Part shown: piece after piece, positions 36,800 through 50,584 of the stretch | How positions within the stretch are numbered: position 1 is the first letter of the stretch | How the letters are laid out: every line of letters starts with the position of its first letter | Origin: Girardia tigrina | Taxonomy: Eukaryota | Reading direction: 5' to 3' | NCBI GenBank assembly: GCA_001938485.1 | Contig: MQRK01233137.1 | Coordinates: 1-64,000, forward strand | DNA: 64,000 nt | Program-made: the position numbers and the translations under genes | The notes under the pieces: generated by a model | Seen by the model: the letters and a program-made list of their open reading frames with translations, nothing else | Told to the model about the DNA's origin: nothing | Database searches by the model: none

Positions 36800-37620
36800 T
36801 TTGGGTTCGTTCAACTCGAACTTTTTCGTTCATTCATCCCGCGTTCACTCATACTAAATTTATTTTAAAGAACCAGCTTTGGTAGATTTACCTATTTTAT
36901 TTGTTTAATTGTTTTTTTCCTTTTTTTTGTAAGATAAGGCTGTTACTTTCATTTGAGTTAAAGTTTGTTGCGCAAAATAAATGAAATAGAACTGAAGATT
37001 CCATATGAGCAGAACGATGAAGTACACATTTATATACTATAAAGGGATGTTTTGACGACGTCCCAGAATCATTTGATATTTCAGCAGAGGCTAAACCGGA
37101 TTACGAACAGTTTGATGAACTTTTAACATTTTTCGAACATACGTATGTTCGAGGAAGAAGGCTTAAGGTTGCGATAATGGACCAGCTCTTTATCCATTCA
37201 AGTCCGGAACAAGCATATAGCCGGTTTTGATGGCATAGCTCGTACGAATAATGGTTTCTTGAACCTTTTTCACTTCCACCATCCAAGTCTGAACCTTTTA
37301 GACGGTCTAAGAGGTGACATGACTTAACAGAAAGTATCATTTCTACAGGTAAAAGCAGGTATTATACATTCAATGACGAAACTGTATCGTCAGATTAATG
37401 AACGAATGCAGCGTGTTGTTGAATCCAATGGACGAGCAGAAGTATGCACTTGACTGTATTTTGCGGTAAACTATTTTGTCGCGTTTAAATGTTATCTTAC
37501 ACAAAAAAGAAAAGAAATAAATTAAAAAAAACAAAAAAGGTCAATCTTCCAAAGCTGGTTCTTTAAAATAAATTTAGGACGAATGAACGCGGGTCGAACG
37601 GGTTTGGCATAAACAAACGG
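36800..37620 (+). mobile_element. MULE/Mutator derivative with long TIRs
   Basis: Inverted repeats at about 36838-36897 and 37537-37593. Internal FFEHTYVRGRR and (R)TNN...HHP transposase C-terminal remnants. Confidence 0.78.
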
Positions 37621-39204
37621 CATGCTTGCAAAAAACTCCAAAACTGATACATTTTATATAACTTATTCAAGAAAACTGAAAAATTAAAAACCCTGGCGGA
37701 AACGATCACCTAATTGAAAGGTGTGGGGGAAGCCGCGAGTAAAGAACCCCTGTGAAAACCAGGGTACATTTTGAAGACATCTTCCGCCCGAAACATGGTG
37801 CGAATGAATTCATGTAACAACCGGGCACTTTTGCTCACAGACAAAAGAAATTTAGAAGAAATATAAATTATTTCACAAAATACCCTTTATTTTCAGAAGA
37901 CATAAGAATCTTATTGCCATCAGTACCAAAATATTTTGATATATAATTATTATTTTTTGTAATTTTTTTCTACTATTGCTATTTGCGATATTATCACGAT
38001 ATTATACAAATATATAAAATATAAATAAAATTCTCATTCATATAAATTAGCTATGTAAATAATTTAATATAAATATACATTAAATATATTTTAAAATCTA
38101 ATTTAACGTCGAATAAAGAAATCTCAAAACTTTTAAAAAAGTGTGACGAGAATAATGCATTATTAAAGTAAATATATGAATTCATAAATATTTAACTAAA
38201 ATTATGATTTTTTCAATGTCTACATTTATGTAAAAAATTAAGACAATTTTTTATTATTTACATATTTTAAAGGGCAAATATTTTAATTTACAAGTTATAT
38301 TATAATTTTTTTATTCTGATTTTTCAAGAATTTTATTTTTTGTTCATAAAATCATCAAAAATTGACAGAAAATTTTTTTAATAAAACTTCATCATAAATA
38401 ATACTTTCTGTAAGATTCAATAGTTGATGAAATATATAATATTGAATTTAGGAATTATTTATTTATTTTAATTATTGTTTTGAAACTTTATTAAAAAATA
38501 TAATAAAATTGTAAGAATTATCCATAAAACCGGAAATCAAAGAAATGTTTATTTCAAATCAAAATTAAATTCTGTGCGTAATTTATAATTACGTTGATTG
38601 ATTCAAACAATTTCAGGAGTTTATATAATCATATAATGGATCCTTGATTTATTTATAAATAGAGATATGAATTTAAATATATGTATTGATATTAATTTAA
38701 TTATCCTAACAAATTAATTTGAATAATACAAATAATTCATTAATGACTAAAATATTGTTTGAAGCAGTTGATGGATGATGTTCGAAGGTGATCTAAAAAC
38801 GTTCAAACTTGGCTTATACTTTATATCATGTAAACAATTTTTTGCTGTCCTCTGCGCTCTACTCTACTTCTAATTTTGTCACACCCTGTGTTAATCTAAA
38901 TTACATATAGTTACAGAACTTAAACTTTAAACATAAGCTTATTTCAATTTTCGACGTAATCTATGAAAAATTCAGAGCGATTCGACAATCCTAAAAATTT
39001 TATCCTTGTTGTGAGTTTCTTACACTTTTAGTAAAATTGGATAGGTTTATTTATTAGTAAATATTTTAAATTGATTTTATATATTTCCAAACTAATAATG
39101 TGTGCGCATTTTAATTAAATGGCGTTATATTAATATCTACCAATTATCTAATACAAATGTATTGAAAATTTAAAATAACTAGTAAATTAAAAAATTAATT
39201 TTTT

Positions 39205-39545
39205 TACCCATTCTTTATGCAGACAGAACTCTACTTTGCCAACAAAGTTTTAATAAAAAAAATAATTTCAAAAAAACAATAAAAAATAATATAAACTACT
39301 TATAATTTATAAATTGATCTTTTTTTAAATAATATTGTTCAGGAACTCCGATGGCACCGTTTTTCCCAATTCTGAGACCTTAAATAGTTTTTTTTGATTA
39401 AATTTTCACATCATTTATTGTCATTGGGAATGAGTAAGTGTGCAAAGTTTGGAGAAAATTGATTGAATAAAAAGCCTTCAAAAATAGGTTTCTAAATTCA
39501 ATGGATCCATATATACCTATATAGAAAGTAAGCTAATAAAAAGAA
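39205..39545 (+). mobile_element. Helentron/HINE-like repeat (copy 2)
   Basis: Homologous to the 14405 and 57075 copies; ends aagctaataaaaag. Confidence 0.6.
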
Positions 39546-39734
39546 CTAAAGTTGTAAGACAGATGAAGAAAATGAATAATGTGCCTTTTATAGTTTGATT
39601 CAATTTTCCAAAAATAAATTTGAAATTTTCTTGCTTCCTTTTTTGTAAATTTTCTTTGCCATTATTGTAGCTCAATAGCAAATATCAATGGCCAAATAAA
39701 AATTTAGATTTGAATTTATATTTAAATGTTATTT

Positions 39735-39878
39735 TTCGATGCATTGTTTAACGATGAAAGTTTTTCGATGCATTGTTAACGATGTAGTCTTTCGATGCAT
39801 CGTTTAACGATGAAAGTTTTTCGATGCATCGTTAACGATGCATCGACTCATCGTTAAACGATACATCGTCGCTCCCTA
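39735..39878 (-). repeat. hAT-like terminus with tandem tcgatgcatcgttaacga subterminal repeats
   Basis: Minus strand starts TAGGGAGCGACGAT, followed by 4-5 palindromic repeats. Confidence 0.55.
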
Positions 39879-41007
39879 GTAAAAACATTGAAAAGGTTTT
39901 TTTACTAAAATATATATTTGTAACAACACTTCCAACACAAAAAATGTACCTGTTCAATACGATCTCCAAGTTGCCCTGAAGACTGGACGGTGGTAACAGA
40001 GACATGGCACTCGGAATTTCGTGCTTGGCCCATTTTATATTATTCAGACTGATAATCATTGTGCTCGATATTAAAAGCTTTCTTTAATCGTTATTAACAA
40101 TTACTTTTATTATATAATTAAATTCAGACAAATAAAAAATTCAGTCACTTTTTGAAAAATCTTAATTGGTTTCAATAATCGTTCAAATTCGACTTAATTG
40201 TTCGTAAAAGATAATAATCAATCGTTCAGCGAAATTCGATAATATCACAAAAGAAACAAAAATATTCGTTGAAATATTATCACTCACAAAAATTGATTTA
40301 AATTTCTGTTCACAAAAATATACGATAAAAGAAAATTGGTGATTAAAAATCATAAAAAGTGAATTTTAAAGATTCATTAGAGTCCACGAAACTCACTCTG
40401 ATTGGTCGACCAACATAATAAAATATTTTCAAAGTTTCAAATATCATCGATTGTCTTTTTTGGACATGTGTGAGGAATTTCGAGTTATAAATAATAATAA
40501 TAATGAAATATAAATAAAAAACTAAATTTAAATTCCGAGCATGTATAAAAAATGTACCAAATAAAAACTTTCTAAATTGTAAATTTAAGACAGAAAATAT
40601 AATTAAAAATTCGAATGGATAATACCAAAACGAAAGAACAGAATTTTTAACAAATTTTCAAAGTCTATTATTTTAATAATTAATTAAAATTTCTAGCTTT
40701 TAGACACTCCTAGAATTTATGTGTTTTGAATTTTTCATGCCAAAAATTTCATCTCTTTAATCAAAACAATAGAGTATGTTTATTAATTCCCACACGAAAA
40801 TCATAAACAGTCAACAAATGCAAAATTTGTAACATAGTTAAAAGGGTAATTAATTTATTTTTTTTAATATTTTGTTTTATTAAATATGATTAAGTATTAC
40901 ATTTTATTAATTTAAGTATTATTTTAAAAAAATTATATTTTGATATAATATATTTTTTATTTATTAGTTTTCAAAATGAATATTTAATGTTGATTATTAA
41001 AAATTAG

Positions 41008-44000
41008 GGATCTTGTAAAAATTCTGCCCCTAGGGACAGGACTTTAGCATGATCAATTTAAGGGGAGTATTTTTAATAAATGTAATTTTAGGGGTAAAGT
41101 TTTAATAAGGGTAATTTTAAGTGCAGAATTTTGACAAGTATAATTTTTTTACCTATATCAGATACTTTTTATGAACACACGGCAAGAGACTTTAAATGCA
41201 GATATTACATAATTGATTTTATTCTTTTAATCAAGATATGTATTAAAATCAATGATGTTGTGTTCTCATTGTTATCAACAAACAGTATTGACTAAGAAGG
41301 TAACGCCCTTGGACAAATATGTCTGGAATTTTTAAAATAATTTGTTCTAAATGCAATATAACCTTGACCATAAGAAGATGCTCTTTACTGACCATTTCAT
41401 AGATAAGTCTGATGACTTGGTTAGATGTTCAAATGGTCAAATGAAGAGTCTAAAATTTTAATTTTAAAATCTTTGATTATTTCAAGACCTACATTAACCA
41501 ACTGTTCGATTCACCCTGGGGGAGGAAATGAAGGGGATTGACATTCAAAAGGTCAATTCAAAAATGTTATGAAAACGAGCAAGTCACAAAAATCAATTGA
41601 CATTAATGAATATGTTCTTGAAAATCGAAATCTCGCAAACATTTTATTGATTTTGCAGAATTGGTTTTTCGAATCCACCAGGAAGATAATGGATCTTTAC
41701 GAACCTGACAACGAAGATTTCTTCTCTGAATTTCTAAATAAATTTACTGTGAATGACAAAAGAAATACAGTCAATGACATTCCAAACTGACGCGGATTTT
41801 AAAACTCAAACATAAAAAAGAAGTCAATGTTGTAGATAATCAGAATTTCCAGAAACGAAATTATCAAGATATCAACTATAATGAACAATCAATAAGAAAT
41901 GCTTATGGAAATATTCAAAACGATGATGATCTATTGTAATTAAACGTGCAAGTAAAAAATCTAATACTCGATAATCAATCAATATCCAACCAATAGTTGC
42001 TTTTTTTCGAATGTTCGATCGATAATTGTGACAATTGTTTCCGAGTTGTATCAAAATTGTATAAAAAAATAATTGTATTAATAAAAAAACGAACAAAAAA
42101 AATGAAAACTATATAGACATAAAAAATATATCTATATAGTTACAAAAAAGAGAATTTCAAAAAAAGGTAACTTATTTATAATAAAACAATATTGACTTTT
42201 GTAAAAAAAAGTGATTAAGCAAAAATTGTTTTGTTTAAATGGATCTATTTGTTAAAATCAATTCATTGTAAATCCGCGGAATTTTGTAAAAAAAATTTAT
42301 ATACGTGATTGATTTCGTTGTTCATTATTTTTGATTGTGATCTCTTTATTAATCGACCATCTCCAATCAACATTTAAAGTGCTAATGAGGACCGAATCAC
42401 TTTCACAACTAATCAATGTTAATTCTTTATTGAGAAGGGCGAGTTCGGTCCACTGTAATGTTCGCAAATCGAGGCTGAAGAGCTGACTAGAACGGACGGT
42501 CGCGGACGAGTCTCGGATTCAGAGTGGTTCCCAGAATACGAGCATTTGGCTGTCTTTGGTCACGGTGGCGTTGTGGCTCAGAAACTCGGCCCTCGGTTGT
42601 CGGCTTGCCCCAGTGGCCACTGGTCAGGCAGAACACGAGTATCTGATTTGTCCAACCACGATCGTCTCTACCCGACACATTAACAGCAATTTGGTCTAAT
42701 TCTTGCTTCATTTTTTTTATTTCCAAGTCGATAGCAATTTTTGATTCAAGATCCAGAACATCTTCATTTTCAACAAGCAAAGGTGGATTTTCAATATTCA
42801 TATTTATTCGCGTATAATTCATTCAATAATAAATCGATAACTTTATTATATTCCAATTCTACAAAACTTATTAATTCGTTACAACACAAACCAACAAAAA
42901 TTAATTATTTAATATTTATGACAGAGCTATCGGAGCGTGGCTGCAGCACCATGATGCGAGTGGGAGGTTTTCAGGTCGAGGAGAATAAAATTTTAGTGCC
43001 TTATCATGAGAAATAGCTCCTCCTTGGAAAACCTTTTCAAAATTTAATTTATACGTGGCATATGTTTCATAATAGGCACTCATTTTTCAATCTGCAGCAA
43101 GTTTACAGGCTTTGGAATCATCGATGACTCTATGAGTTGATTCATTTATGCAATCCTGTTTTCCTCTCAGAATACGTGGAAGTTCACCACCGATTGTGCT
43201 GTTTCCTAATTTGAAAAGTTGCTCATGAAATTTATAAAGAACGTTTAGGCTTTCCTCTTTTTTCGAAACTGAATACAAATCTCACACCGTTGACCAATTA
43301 GAAAACTGAGAATTAGGCGGCTTAATACCATCATCACGGAGCAATATCAAACAACCATCATCACCGTCCAAATTCGAACCAGTTCTGTCCGCAATGTAGT
43401 AGCTTTTATCTCAGCACAGCCCGCCAAGATCAATCAGGACGGAGAAATCAAGCTCTTTCTCAAGAAAAATTTTCAACCGAATTTTTGATACACAATTTTC
43501 TCGATTCCCACTCCAAAAGAAGAACAAGAATGTATTTGCTGAGTGATTTTGCCTGTGATGTTGACGGGTAATATGAAGCTAAAGCAAGATCACAATTCAG
43601 ACGAAGCCAATTTTCTTGATAGTTCTCTTGCTCAAAAAATTGCTCATTTGCTTGGACCACATGTTACCGAAATGACAAAGGCTTTTTCAAAACAGAGAAC
43701 CAAGGTAAGTCGAGAAATGGTGTCGAAAGCACAGACAAAAGAGCAATCCAAGGTTTCAGATAAAAAGAATATGTGAACTTTTTTTGTGTCTCTCCCGTAC
43801 TCGTCCAGTGTCTCCGCGTTCCCAGCATTGTGCTGCGTCTACACTCCTGCCATCAACACTAACATTTTTAAATGTTTAAGATTAAGTATCAACAGACATT
43901 TTGATATTAATCCTGTTAGGCTGCGTGTTAATAATGTAGACTGTTCAATCGATGAAAGTCTATTTTGCCATAAACAAAGATACCATCGAGGTAAAGTTCC

Positions 44001-44456
44001 TAGTGACCAAATTTGGGAGTTTGGAATTGTGAATACATCATATGTACATGCTAAAGGATACACGAAAGGGCTCACAAAAAGGTCAGCTACTACTTTAAAG
44101 TCTATCATTCAAAAGTGGTTTCATGATATTATTCGTAGTTATGAATGGCAGGGTCTATAGTTTTTTTACTAATTATTCAGTTAATTTTGTGAACCACTTG
44201 CGGGTATTCACACTCAAAATATAGTATCTTATTCGACTGAAAACAAAAAGAGATAACTTTAGAGAAGAACGTTTTGAAAAAACTTTACAATTAATTAAAG
44301 ATTTCTATCAATTAAAATTGTGTTAGGGTCAAAAGTTTTATACGAAAAATTTTAGGGTCAGGACTTTAACAAGTGCAATTTAAGGGGCGGAATTTTTACA
44401 ACTGATTTTTAGATTTTTGTAAGTGTTATTTTAAGGACAGAAGTTTTGCAAGATCT
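41008..44456 (+). mobile_element. Merlin (IS1595-like) element with nested cargo
   Basis: TIRs GGATCTTGTAAAAATTCTGCCCCTA / revcomp AGATCTTGCAAAACTTCTGTCCTTA, with 8-bp TSD AAAATTAG/AAAATTAT. Transposase remnant IDESLFCHKQRYHRG...SVNFV at about 43900-44290. Confidence 0.8.
42480..43860 (+). mobile_element. Putative LTR-element remnant (LTR end, atypical PBS, decayed ORF) inside Merlin
   Basis: ...TTTATGACA then GAGCTATCGGAGC, then ATG at 42951 and a stop-riddled ORF. Boundaries approximate. Confidence 0.45.
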
Positions 44457-44559
44457 AAAATTATTGCCCATACTGATTAAAATGATGGAATACAAAATTT
44501 TAGGTTATTTTAATTTTAATTAATTTAAATATTTTTATATATTTGTGGTTCCAATAACA

Positions 44560-44860
44560 TCCAAAGTTAAAATCAACCTCTCGAATACATCAAAAACAAT
44601 TTGGGGATTGCTAAGTAATCTGGTTTATAAATTTGATTGTAGAGTGTGTAAAAACTCGTACATTGGAAAGACAAATACTCATCAAGGTTCTTGATCATTG
44701 GTTACACTGTAAAAATAGAATCTGTTATATTTCAAAGGATATTTTTTTAATTTACAGAAAAGCTTCGATTCACACTACGTGAGACAGTTTTTCGAATCAT
44801 TATTCAAAAAAATTAAAACCCATTAATAAACATTAAAAATGACAATGTAAAACCGTTTCA
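44560..44860 (+). pseudogene. Penelope GIY-YIG endonuclease fragment
   Basis: LLSNLVYKFDCRVCKNSYIGKTN and a later ESL motif. Confidence 0.8.
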
Positions 44861-45116
44861 AATCTTAAAATTTGAATTGAAATTTTTAAAATATTTTGCC
44901 CTTATTATCCAATTATATCTTAAATTAGATAGATAAATAAATAATTCGTTCTCTTTAGTGAATAACATTTTAAAAAGTAACATTAAATTAGTAACTAACA
45001 AATATAATTGCTGATGATGGAAAAAGAATTTCCGAAACATATACAATAATCGATTTCTTAAAAAAGCTTTTACAAAATTATTCTTCAAAAATATTAAATT
45101 AGCGTTCACAAGACTC

Positions 45117-45154
<38 letters not shown>

Positions 45155-45204
45155 NNNNNNNNNNNNNNNNNNNNNNNNNNNNNNNNNNNNNNNNNNNNNN
45201 NNNN

Positions 45205-46813
45205 TTCATAAGTCGTCGTCTTAAGATATGGAACTATACTGCGATGTAATGTAAAACTTTTTGAATATGATATAAATGTATTACGACATGGTTTTTTACG
45301 CAGTACAACTTGAAGACATGAAAAGAAGAAGGTTTTACAATAATTGTTCAAAATGTTCACCATTTTTCTGTAAACACAGATTGCACCGCTCCACAAAATT
45401 CGTGTAGCATTTTCGAATGATGCGGTGATCGATGTCTGAAATGGCGCCTTGTAGTTCGTCGAGGTTCAGATAGTTATTTTCGATGGCGTAAACTCGATCT
45501 TTGACGTAACTCCATAGCCAGAAGTCAGGTATCGTCAAATCGTGAGACCGAGGTGGCCATTCCTGGGGTCCTCTACGACCAATCCATCTTTGTGGGAAAT
45601 GTTCATCCAGCCACGTTCGCGCTGCAATGCTGAAATGCGGGGGTGCGCCTTCATGTTGATACCAGTGTTGCGTGTTATCCCAAACAAAAGGCAGCAACTT
45701 CTGATTAAGAACGTCGACATATCGTACCTGGTTCATTGTTTCACGGATAATACTGAAAGTTATTCCAAGGTCGTAGGAAACAGCTGCCTAAACAGTTAAT
45801 CCCGGCGATTTCATAGGCACACGAATCAAACGATGTTCATTCTCTTCAGAATAATAAAAAAGATTATGCTTTCCCACATGACCATTAAAATAAAACGATG
45901 CCTCATCAGAAAAAATAATTCTTCTGCAAAAATTGGTGCCATTTTCGTTGATTATCCAAGAACAAAATTCAATTCTTCGATCTGGGTCATCTACTGTTAA
46001 CTATTGTTGAAAAGAAAACTTGAAAGGCTTTACCTTTTCTTGCTTGAGGTAACGATGAAAAGAACTCTGCGAAGTACCAAGGACACGTGTAACCCGTCGT
46101 TGATTTGCAGTATCGTTTTCTTTCACATACTGAACAACACTTTCCTTCATGTGTTCATCAGATGGTCTTCCTGATCGCGGTTTTGTTGACAAATTCCCCG
46201 TTTCTTCGAATTTCTTCTTCCAATGCTGAACCGTTGTTTTCGGTGGCGGTTCACGTTTGAAACGCTCTTTAAACATTTGACACGCTTTTGTGCAGCTTTC
46301 ATAAACGATTGCATGACTAGTGATGAAAACTTTATCTTTAATAGAAAATTCGACATTTCCACTTGCTTCAGCCACTGTACTGGCAGTTGGCGCATTTGAA
46401 TAAAAGTGAAAGTACACAAACTAATATCAGACATTTAAAATTTCAATTTCATAGATATTGAATAACCGGATAATCAATCAATAGGCCGTAAACAATCNNN
46501 NNNNNNNNNNNNNNNNNNNNNNNNNNNNNNNNNNNNNNNNNNNNNNNNNCTTTATAAGAGAAAAGGTCGAGTCAGACATCGATCACCGCATCATTCGAAA
46601 ATGCTACACGAATTTTGTGGAGCGATGCAATCTGTGTTTGCAGAAAATGGTGAACATTTTGAACAATTATTGTAAAACCTTCTTCTTTTCATGTTTTCAA
46701 GTTGTACTGCGTAAAAAACCATGTCGTAATACATTTATATCATATTCAAAAAGTTTTACATTACATCGCAGTATAGTTCCATATCTTAAGACGACGACTT
46801 ATGAATCGCACGG
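45205..46813 (-). mobile_element. Tc1/mariner rosa (DD41D) element with an inverted second 3' end
   Basis: PRSGRP, FSDEA, QHEGAPPH and WPPRSHDLTIPDFW; stops at 46001 and near 45781. 46572-46813 is an inverted copy of 45205-45439 ending in TIR plus TA. Confidence 0.9.
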
Positions 46814-46923
46814 TATATATGTCAGTTTATTACGGGGCCTTTTTGGTGAAGTTAAAAATTTTGGAAATTTTTAAATTGAAAATCATATTTATAGTTAAGA
46901 TGAGTCAAAATAATGTTTTACTA

Positions 46924-47240
46924 TTGGGTTGTTGCATAAGTTGTCGCCGTTTTTTAAACATTTATTTTCAAAGAAATCAAAGAATTTTAACAACCAAAAT
47001 AATGAATAAGTTAATTATATATTTAATGAAATCAAAAAATTTTAACAGCAAAAATAATAAAATTTCAATGAATTATGTAATCTCCTTCATTGTTCACTAC
47101 TTCTTCCCATCTTTCCACCAGTTTGTTGATTCCATTTCGCCAGAAATCCTTAGGTTGAGTCTCGAAGAAGTTTTTTAGCCAATTCTCAAGATGATCCTGA
47201 TTTTCGAAGCTAAGACCCCTCATTTCATTTGAAAGCATGA
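46924..47240 (-). mobile_element. mariner 3' remnant
   Basis: TA then TTGGGTTGTTGCATAAG TIR; C-terminus FWRNGINKLVERWEEVVNNEGDYI. Confidence 0.85.
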
Positions 47241-47293
47241 TTTCATGCAATCGATTACATAATCATCATTTTTGTATTTATATACAAATTAGT

Positions 47294-47332
47294 GACCTGA
47301 AGATGACGGTAGATCCGTCGAAATATATTGTC
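47294..47332 (+). ncRNA. Minimal type I hammerhead ribozyme (Penelope-type)
   Basis: GAC CTGAAGA T GACGG tagat CCGTC GAAA TATA TT GTC: conserved core, 5-bp stem II, 1-bp stem III with palindromic loop, 3-bp stem I. Confidence 0.75.
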
Positions 47333-49047
47333 TTGAAATATATTTTTAAATGGATGAATGTTGTTATTAAAAGAAAATTTTCGTCCGGATTTTGTTTTAT
47401 CAATAATCTATAAAAAATGAATATTTTGCAATAGATCGAATGATTAGAGTTTACTTTATGTAAAAGTTAGTTTTTAAAAATAATTAAATTTCTGTAAAAA
47501 ATGAATATTATTTTAATAGTTTAAATGATTAAAGAATTTTATTTTTAAGAAAATTAATTTATAATAGAACTTACAAAAGTATGATTAAATAAAAAAAACA
47601 GATTGGGATTTAATTTCCTTAAAAAAATTTAAAGCTTAAAGAATAAAATTTAAATTAAATAAAATTATTTATCAATATTTATATTTAAAATAGGATATCT
47701 GGTTGTGTTAAAAATGAAACATTGTTCTTCAAAAATTTGTTTAAAAAATCATTGTTTGTTAGAAATAAAGTTTTGCGTTAAGGACTTCTTCTATTGATCA
47801 AGAACCCGTTTATATTTATACCGTTTATATCTTTTTTTCTCAATATTTTTTAAATTAATTTCTTTTATTTTAATTTAACCTTAATTATTAAAAACTTAAT
47901 GAAATAAAAATTCCTTTTTCTCTAAAATACAAAACAAATGATCGTTATAATTGCATTAAATCAACTATTTATGTCATTTTTATCATATTCTTGATCATTT
48001 ATTAACTGGTTTAATTTATTTAGGATAATATTATCAAGATTTCTGTTGAAGGAAATCATTTCGGTTGATAAAAAAATGATTAAATAAATAAATAAATAAT
48101 AAATTTACTTGTCAGTAATTTCTAATACCGTTATGATTTATTAAAAATATAAACGTATTTTTTAATATAGACGTTCTATTTAAAATGTCGTTTCAGCCTC
48201 CATTTATTCGCAAGTCTTGTGGATAATTTTATAAAAATTAGAACATGTATCTAAATCATTTGCAAAAATCGTTTTCTTTTTTTCAAAAGGATTTAAACAC
48301 ATTATTTTGGTTTCTTTAGAAAGAATATATAGCAAAAATAGTTACAACTCAAATAGTAATAGTAAATAATAATAAAAGTAATATTACTGAACATAAAACT
48401 ACTGTTAAACGACTTGCTAATCAAAACTCGTTTAAATTCAAGAAATTCAGCGAACAAAAATCGATGAGATTTTTAATAGTCAAAAAAATCAAGTTACGTG
48501 AAGATTGTCACACAGCTCCAATTGGTTGACCAATCAGAGCGAACCAATTGACAGGAACAGAAAATTTTTCGGCCAATGTTCGGCAATCACACACAATAAA
48601 AACGGCGTACTTGGTCTACCAACCTGAACAAAGAAGTCTAATTTTAATTATAATATTTATTAATTAATCTTTAATCATTGAAATATTTAATTATATATTT
48701 TAATCTTTACACAACAAGCAGAAAGTAAATATAATAAATTGAATAGTCATTCAAAATGCTTTAAAATAAAACGTTTTGTCATTGGAAGATGTACTTGAAA
48801 TCCTGATAACAAAAAAAGCAATTATGATAAGATTATTATGTGATATTCCGAAACACGACAGTTGAAATAAATAATTTTCATGCAGAAATTAAAAAAAATT
48901 ATTGGGAAAGTTTCGTGTGAGGCATTGATAATGTCCAATCAAGTGACTCATTAACTTTGTTTAAAGTTTTTAGCGGGAAACAGTAATTACATAACTAATT
49001 GTATAACTATTTTTGAACATATATTAGCTTTAAAGTTATAATCATAA

Positions 49048-49088
49048 GAGCTTGATGATGACGGACATTCCGTCATAATATAGTCCTA
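49048..49088 (+). ncRNA. Degenerate hammerhead motif of the same family
   Basis: tTGATGA T GACGG acatt CCGTC ataa TATA GTCC; core C and GAAA are mutated. Confidence 0.5.
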
Positions 49089-49648
49089 TTTATTTTTCGA
49101 AATGGTGTTTTCTTTACTTTTTAGAAACTTTATTGAAAAATATATAAAATTCATTATTATAATATGTAATAACTTGTATGGAAATCAGAAAGAAATGTAG
49201 ATTTTAATTTTATTTTTCTCTGGCAACTTTTTCCATCGATTTTATTTCAGTTTTAATGTTTCTAGTTTGTCTTCTAGTATTAAAATATTTTCAAATTACT
49301 AATTTATACATTAATTTATGAGTTATGATTAATATTAAAGTCTTCAATCAAAACAATTGAAAAAATCCTTACTCTTGAAATAATCTGTTTTTTTTAATTT
49401 TCAGTAGAACTTAATTGTAGCGTACGACCAACTGAATAGAATCAAGAGATTATAAATGAAATAAAGAAAATTAAAGTTTTTTTCGGGAAAGGCAACAAAG
49501 GCGAATGGATTTTCTTCAATTTGTATTAAAAAAACATTTAAAATATAAATTAAATTGTATTTTGGTTAATTTCAAGAGTCTCCAAAAAATGTGACTTCAA
49601 GAAACACTCGAATATTTTCCAATTTCCTTTTCATTCTTAAATTTATAA

Positions 49649-49692
<44 letters not shown>

Positions 49693-50584
49693 AAAACAAA
49701 CTTTTTTTGACAAGAATTAATAGACATTGTAAATTTTATTAATATTTTGTAGCATAAGCTAAAACTACTTTACAACGATCAAGTATTGAGTCGACTAATT
49801 TATTCATCACATCCAAATGAATGCTGCTTCAAATATCATGAATTCTTTCATAAAGCTCACTCTTATTTTTAGGCTTATTGCCTTTCAAATAACGATCAAT
49901 GTATTCCAAAATATGTTCAGTAGAATTTAAGAACATTTTCATATATATTCATCACACATTTACTTTCTTCAGAGATATTTGAAAACCAGGAGGAATTTTG
50001 TGAGACATACTTATTCTGTCACATATTTCACATGGCCTACGTATTTTATTTCATCAAAAAAAGGTGTTTGGTTATCTTGAAAATAGTGAAATTTTCGGTT
50101 GACTTTCCCACCATAAATAAATCCAACTCGATGAATATCTCTTCCTGTTTTTTTCTCTTTTTGAACAAGAAGTATACGAAAAAAAGACGATTCGGTATTT
50201 TACATTTTCCAATGGTATTTATAAAATAATCAATAATTTATTAAATCTAATATAATAAATGTTTTTTAACTTGCTAATAATGGAAAAATAAATTTCATTT
50301 AAATCGGATTGTTTTTTATGGTTGGCTCACAAATTAGTGGGTGATATCTATGTGATATCTAATTAATTGTCGTCCTTGAATTCCTTAATTATTTGTCATA
50401 GACGACATTTATTGTTTTCCTGTTGTAATAAGTATGTCTTCTTTATTCATCAATCAAAAAATATTTCCTGGAAAATAAATGACATTTGTGAAGACATTCG
50501 AATCTTCATTACCCCTTCCATCAAAAATGGCCATGAAAGAATAACTGACCGAATATACATTATATATACATCCTTCTTCAATAT

